Positions 59,958 through 64,000 of a stretch of 64,000 nt of DNA are shown in pieces. The number at the start of each line of letters is the position of its first letter. Position 1 is the first letter of the stretch. The notes below the pieces were generated by a model. The model made no database searches and had not been told where the DNA came from. It saw only the letters and a program-made list of their open reading frames with translations. Source of the stretch: Bryobacterales bacterium (lineage in GTDB: Bacteria; Acidobacteriota; Terriglobia; Bryobacterales; UBA6623); NCBI GenBank assembly GCA_965205085.1, contig OZ242039.1, forward strand, positions 2,981,911-3,045,910. The letters are read 5' to 3'. Position numbers and translations under genes: made by a program.

Positions 59958-61957
59958 CAGTTCTCCTCAAGATCCAATTGGAACTCGTTGAAAAACCCCT
60001 CGTCGATCACACTTAATCCATCCACCGACTTAGCACACGACTCGAAAGCGCTGGCCTTGGTGTCATAGTGGCTGACTCCAGATCGAAATAACGTAATATA
60101 TCGAATCTCGCCACAGCTTGCCTCACGCAGACTAGGCAGAAACTTCTCCCGTTCTGATGAAATCACAAAGGCGATAAATTGTTCGGTCAATTTCGGCACA
60201 AGCTCACCGATACTGGACCGAATTGCAAGGTCAATCGGATTGGCTGGGCTATCCACAATAAATGGGAGGCTATGCTCGTTTGCTCGATTGAAGAGTGTGG
60301 CGAGAAAAGCGTACCCGACTGACAGAGTCTCACCGACACTACCTGCACTCTGACCACTTAACTTCAAGCAGCCATCAATACTTGCGATGCGAATCTCATT
60401 GTGAGGCATGAGCTCTGTGATTCTGCTGTTTGCACAGTCGCGAATATCATTCAAGATCGCTGCCCGTGCGTTCTGTTGAGCACGCGTCAAGATCCAGTGC
60501 AACCTATCTCGACATTGAGTCAATTCGTACGACTTGCTGGCATCATTAACCAGATCAGTTAACCGATCAATGCCCTTCTTAACTGTCTTGATTGCGACGA
60601 TCCGCCGAGGGTCCTGCTTGTTGATTGTGTCCAACGAAAAACCGCTGTCTTCTTCGTCATACCGTCTCAACTCGCCCCTCAGTTGTCGTATCTCTGCTTT
60701 CAATTGCTCAATGTCTTGTCGCAGAATTCTGACCTTTGGGTCTGCTTTCTCGGCGGTCATCGTGAGTGCATCCAATCTATTGTGAGCGGCTGGAAGGTGG
60801 TCGCTACAGAGAGTTGAAAGTTTCCTGATCTCGTCAGATAGATTTTCGTGCTCGATACTCTGACTTGAGCCAAGAGCGTCGACAATGCTGGTCTTCATCG
60901 CGTTCAAGAACGATACGTCATCTGTACCAAGATAGTGATGCGACCTATCTTTAATGATCTCCTTGATGAACTCATCAATAGGGCGTCCACAGACACACTC
61001 CGGTTCACTCGCAAGCTCTTGGAAGAACTCTCGCGCAGCGCCCTCAGGTAGCTTCACTCGGTCAAGTCCGTCTTTCAGATCAGACAGTGTATGCGAAAAG
61101 TCCGGTGTAACCGAATGTGGTGCTCTCATCTTGTCAACCACGCGCTTCGATAGATCAGCCACTTCCTGTGTTAGCTTCCCCACCTCTCCTCTAGCCTCCT
61201 CGATTTCCTTGCAGAGCGCTTCGTGCTTGGCGATCTGCTGTCGATGACTGAGCAAAAGGTCTTGTAATTTGTCCTCGTTAGCAGACAAGGCCGCTGCTGC
61301 TTTAGACCTTGCTTGAAGGAGCTCTTTCAGTCTGGCTTCCCACAGTCTTAGTTGTGCTTCTCGTCTGGTCACACCTCGATCTGTTTTCGCTGTTGAATTC
61401 TTGGTTTGTTCGTCCCAGTACTCCCGTACTTTTCCCCGCATTCTTTCAAGCAGATGAATCTGGAACAGGCTCTCCACAGCCCGCTCCGCATGGGTTTTCT
61501 CATGATCCAATAAATCTTGAGCCAGTTCGCCGTCGAAAACATAGAAGTTCACAAACTCCTTGGTCATAAATTTTCTCACCTCGGATGAAGGATGAAAACC
61601 GCTTTGCTGACCTAAGCCCTTAGTCGTCTTATATATGACTCTCCCCAATCCAAAGTCAAATTTCATTAAGATCGTTATTCTACTCTCATTTATCGCAAGG
61701 TCGAGCCTGAATTCCCCAGATTCATTCGAACATCCTCGCTTTTGAAATGCTTTGACACAATTGGGATTCCAAGATTCAGCTGCTCCTGATAAAGCAGCCC
61801 GAAGTAGCGCTAAAGTTGTCGTTTTTCCAGTACCATTCGGCATCTGAATGAGTGTCGCCGCATATGGCCTTCCCATTGAACCACAACAGTCGATTCTGTG
61901 GTCCGGACAGCGTAGACCGACTGATTTCCATCCGAGTACTCGCATCTTAGTTGCCAT
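59957..61957 (-). CDS. SMC/DndD-like ABC ATPase with long coiled coil (island gene 3)
   Basis: Start at ATG 61957, with GAGGAG 7 nt upstream. Walker A MPNGTGKTTTL. About 350 aa coiled coil with a central ECVCGRP motif. C-terminal SVGETLSVGYAFLATLF...LPFIVDSPANPIDL (signature / Walker B-like), then QFIAFVISSE. Confidence 0.8.
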   Translation of the reverse strand: MATKMRVLGWKSVGLRCPDHRIDCCGSMGRPYAATLIQMPNGTGKTTTLALLRAALSGAAESWNPNCVKAFQKRGCSNESGEFRLDLAINESRITILMKFDFGLGRVIYKTTKGLGQQSGFHPSSEVRKFMTKEFVNFYVFDGELAQDLLDHEKTHAERAVESLFQIHLLERMRGKVREYWDEQTKNSTAKTDRGVTRREAQLRLWEARLKELLQARSKAAAALSANEDKLQDLLLSHRQQIAKHEALCKEIEEARGEVGKLTQEVADLSKRVVDKMRAPHSVTPDFSHTLSDLKDGLDRVKLPEGAAREFFQELASEPECVCGRPIDEFIKEIIKDRSHHYLGTDDVSFLNAMKTSIVDALGSSQSIEHENLSDEIRKLSTLCSDHLPAAHNRLDALTMTAEKADPKVRILRQDIEQLKAEIRQLRGELRRYDEEDSGFSLDTINKQDPRRIVAIKTVKKGIDRLTDLVNDASKSYELTQCRDRLHWILTRAQQNARAAILNDIRDCANSRITELMPHNEIRIASIDGCLKLSGQSAGSVGETLSVGYAFLATLFNRANEHSLPFIVDSPANPIDLAIRSSIGELVPKLTEQFIAFVISSEREKFLPSLREASCGEIRYITLFRSGVSHYDTKASAFESCAKSVDGLSVIDEGFFNEFQLDLEEN

Positions 61958-62189
61958 TATTGATCTCCTCAGTGCAGGCGGTCGAGTTGGATGGAAGCGG
62001 TACCCGATGATTTGTGGCGTTGTACACCAATTCGGCACGGAGACTGACGGAGTTAGGGCTGCCTAGTGATTCGTTGCCGGACGCCACTTCCGTGAACCAA
62101 GCCAGCAGCTTCTGGGCTAGGCTGTCGTTCTGTCCGGCTTCCCGAACTGCATCGGTCAGTGCGGTCTGGATCGTTGCGTCAGGCTTCAT
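61947..62189 (-). CDS. 80-aa protein of unknown function (island gene 2)
   Basis: ATG 62189 lies inside the last codons of the helicase gene (11-nt overlap), with GGGGAG 7 nt upstream. Its stop overlaps the ATPase start by 11 nt. Confidence 0.55.
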   Translation of the reverse strand: MKPDATIQTALTDAVREAGQNDSLAQKLLAWFTEVASGNESLGSPNSVSLRAELVYNATNHRVPLPSNSTACTEEINNGN

Positions 62190-64000
62190 GTCGTTGCTCC
62201 CCTGGTGGTCTTACTCGTGACAGTTGAGTTAGCCACTCACAGCGGTCTCTGTCAGCGCTAGACTCATTTGGCAAGTTCTTGGTGTGGACAAAGTCAAGGA
62301 TATTGGCTATTTTGTGCGGATCTGCTTGATTCGTTCTCAAACAGCGTCCTATCCGTTGAACTGTCTCAAGACGTGTAGCGTCCGAGGACAGGAGCATTAC
62401 TGTATTGAGTGACTTTATATCGATTCCCTCCGAAAGGCGATGACAGGTTATCAGGCATTCCAAGTCGCCACGGGCGAAGGCCCGAAGGCACTCTTTGTCT
62501 TCTCCTGAGAAATATGTATGGAAGTCAGATCTATGTTGGTGTACGATCTCCAGTGCTTGTTTCCCAAACTCTGTAGTCTCTGCGAAGATGATACATCTAG
62601 TCAAGAGCTCTGGATTTTTATTCAAGAACGCGGAGAAAAGTGGTAGTTTAGCAGCTGAAGTCTTATAAACTCGTGCAATCTCTATCGCCACTTCTTTTTC
62701 GGACATTGGATTACCTTCTCGTTTGCGACCTGCTTTCTTCTTATAGACTTTAGAAATTCGTTCCCGATCGGAGTTAGTTAAGCTAAAGTATTGAGGGTAG
62801 TATCTGAATGGAGCAAGTATGCCATGCCGGATAGCTGGCTCAAGACCGAATGTCATCAGAACAGGGCCTATATGGGTAGTTATAAAGTTACTCCCTTCTT
62901 GGTCATATGCTCTTTCTGGTGTAGCACTGAGGCCCAACCGGAAACGTATGGAATCCGACAGCCCATCTAGTAATGCTCGGTTGCCTGGGCTTCCAAGTCC
63001 ATGTACTTCGTCGTGGATCAAGAGTGTCCTTCTAGCCTGATGCTTGCTCAAGCGGCGTAGCGGCGTAGCGAGTGGTTTTCTTGATGACAGCAAGACAGCT
63101 TTTGCTGGACGCAAGAGGAATTCAATGCTTTGCTTCCTGTCGCGGTAGTGACGGAAGACACGAAGGTGGCGTCCGTCAATCTGGCGCATTTGCAGGATTT
63201 GCTCGTACCACTGGTCAAGCAGATCGTTTCCATCGGTCGATATGATCGTCGTATCAATGGCATTTTTCTTGAATAGTGTGCGAACGATCATGAGTGCGGT
63301 TCGAGTCTTACCTGTACCTGTTGCCATGTTGAGAACTCCACGCTCTGCCTTGATGAATTTCTCTAGTGCCTCATCCTGATGGTGCCATTTATTGAGAAAT
63401 CTAGGTTGGCACTGAGGCATCACTGTTGTGCGCCGTGAGGCGCGAATGAGCTTCTCTTTGACAGCATCAGGGAACGTGAAGGTATCGACACCCTCTTCGT
63501 CGTTATTCCACAAAACCTCGAAATGATGTCGCTTGCGATCCGCTCGTTCGGCATCCTTCCAAGACGGGTAGACGTCGATGCACTCCCGGTTGTTCTCGAA
63601 AGCGGTGCGACTCTCGTTCGATGATCCCGTGAAGGCGACGAAATCGCGGTCGTCGATGAATAATCCCAGCTTCTCATGGTAGATACCCGTACCTACTCTT
63701 GGCACTGCCAGTCGGATCTCCAAGCGCCCTATCTCGAGCAGCTTAGTGAGACGAGACACCCCATCGCCCACGCCGTCAGTAAATTCCTTCTCAATTATCT
63801 GCTCAAGGCGGACAGTGCAAGCTTCTTGCTTGCTGGTGCCGTTCTCAATCGCCCGTATGTCTGCCTCTGACAGCTCGACCGAGGTAACAAGACGAATAGA
63901 ACCTTCGTTCCGGAGGAAGGCACCCAGGGGGTCACCGAACGCTTCAAGGGACGAACTCGAGAAGTATCCGACTGCTCGACAGTATTCCCGAGACTCACTC
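62179..64000 (-). CDS. HKD (PLD-like) nuclease domain fused to SF2 (DEAD/DEAH, ResIII-type) helicase (island gene 1), 5' end outside window
   Basis: The frame is open to the window edge (SESREYCRAVGYFSSSSLEAF...). HKD motif HEKLGLFIDDRDFVAFTGSSNES. Helicase motifs NMATGTGKTRTAL, LIHDEVHGLG, GLSATPER, ITCHRLSEGIDI, QRIGRCLR. Confidence 0.85.
   Translation of the reverse strand, partial: SESREYCRAVGYFSSSSLEAFGDPLGAFLRNEGSIRLVTSVELSEADIRAIENGTSKQEACTVRLEQIIEKEFTDGVGDGVSRLTKLLEIGRLEIRLAVPRVGTGIYHEKLGLFIDDRDFVAFTGSSNESRTAFENNRECIDVYPSWKDAERADRKRHHFEVLWNNDEEGVDTFTFPDAVKEKLIRASRRTTVMPQCQPRFLNKWHHQDEALEKFIKAERGVLNMATGTGKTRTALMIVRTLFKKNAIDTTIISTDGNDLLDQWYEQILQMRQIDGRHLRVFRHYRDRKQSIEFLLRPAKAVLLSSRKPLATPLRRLSKHQARRTLLIHDEVHGLGSPGNRALLDGLSDSIRFRLGLSATPERAYDQEGSNFITTHIGPVLMTFGLEPAIRHGILAPFRYYPQYFSLTNSDRERISKVYKKKAGRKREGNPMSEKEVAIEIARVYKTSAAKLPLFSAFLNKNPELLTRCIIFAETTEFGKQALEIVHQHRSDFHTYFSGEDKECLRAFARGDLECLITCHRLSEGIDIKSLNTVMLLSSDATRLETVQRIGRCLRTNQADPHKIANILDFVHTKNLPNESSADRDRCEWLTQLSRVRPPGEQRHEA

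Larger units (their letters stand above)
59440..64000. other. Compositionally foreign (low-GC) island, right end beyond window
   Basis: Spot counts of individual lines (for example 60061, 61561, 62581) give about 40-47 % G+C, against about 57-72 % in housekeeping lines. Confidence 0.8.

Overview
The window is a high-GC chromosomal segment. Spot counts of single 60-nt lines give about 57-72 % G+C. It is probably from an Acidobacteriota-like bacterium, judging by a VWFA-related Acidobacterial-type protein and CarboxypepD_reg-like proteins. I see four zones.

(1) 1-12.8 kb: a head-to-tail array of five copies (the first is cut by the window edge) of a 521-aa AAA-ATPase-like / PD-(D/E)XK (PDDEXK_9-type) gene. 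The copies are separated by conserved, hairpin-rich, non-coding spacers of about 550 nt. Two spacers carry IS insertions: an intact IS66-family element with an 8-bp TSD, and a decayed ISAs1-like element with a 10-bp TSD.

(2) 12.9-48.2 kb and 49.7-53.1 kb: ordinary housekeeping genes (miaA, ribE, ribD, ftsY, ppiD-like, uppP, ftsK, glmM, truA, xseB-ispA, TolC, GMC oxidoreductase and others). There is an IS30 remnant at about 25.2-26.2 kb. At 48.3-49.7 kb there is a junkyard holding an inverted, degenerate sixth copy of the array gene's 3' end with its downstream module, plus an IS3 remnant.

(3) 53.5-58.8 kb: a secreted beta-helix-type gene destroyed by two in-frame TAGs, an intact IS4/Tn5-like element and an IS630-family element.

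(4) 59.4-64.0 kb, running off the window: a compositionally foreign island, with spot counts of about 40-50 % G+C. It carries a tightly coupled four-gene minus-strand operon: an HKD/PLD-nuclease-SF2-helicase fusion, an 80-aa ORFan, a DndD/SMC-like ABC ATPase and a 169-aa ORFan. I cannot map this operon onto a named defence system, and it is my top candidate for something undescribed.

The second candidate is the roughly 315-nt conserved non-coding module that follows every copy of the array nuclease gene. It shows a few compensatory changes consistent with a structured RNA.

I recognised no rRNA, tRNA or CRISPR array by eye. All homology calls rest on motifs I recognise in the translations, not on database searches.
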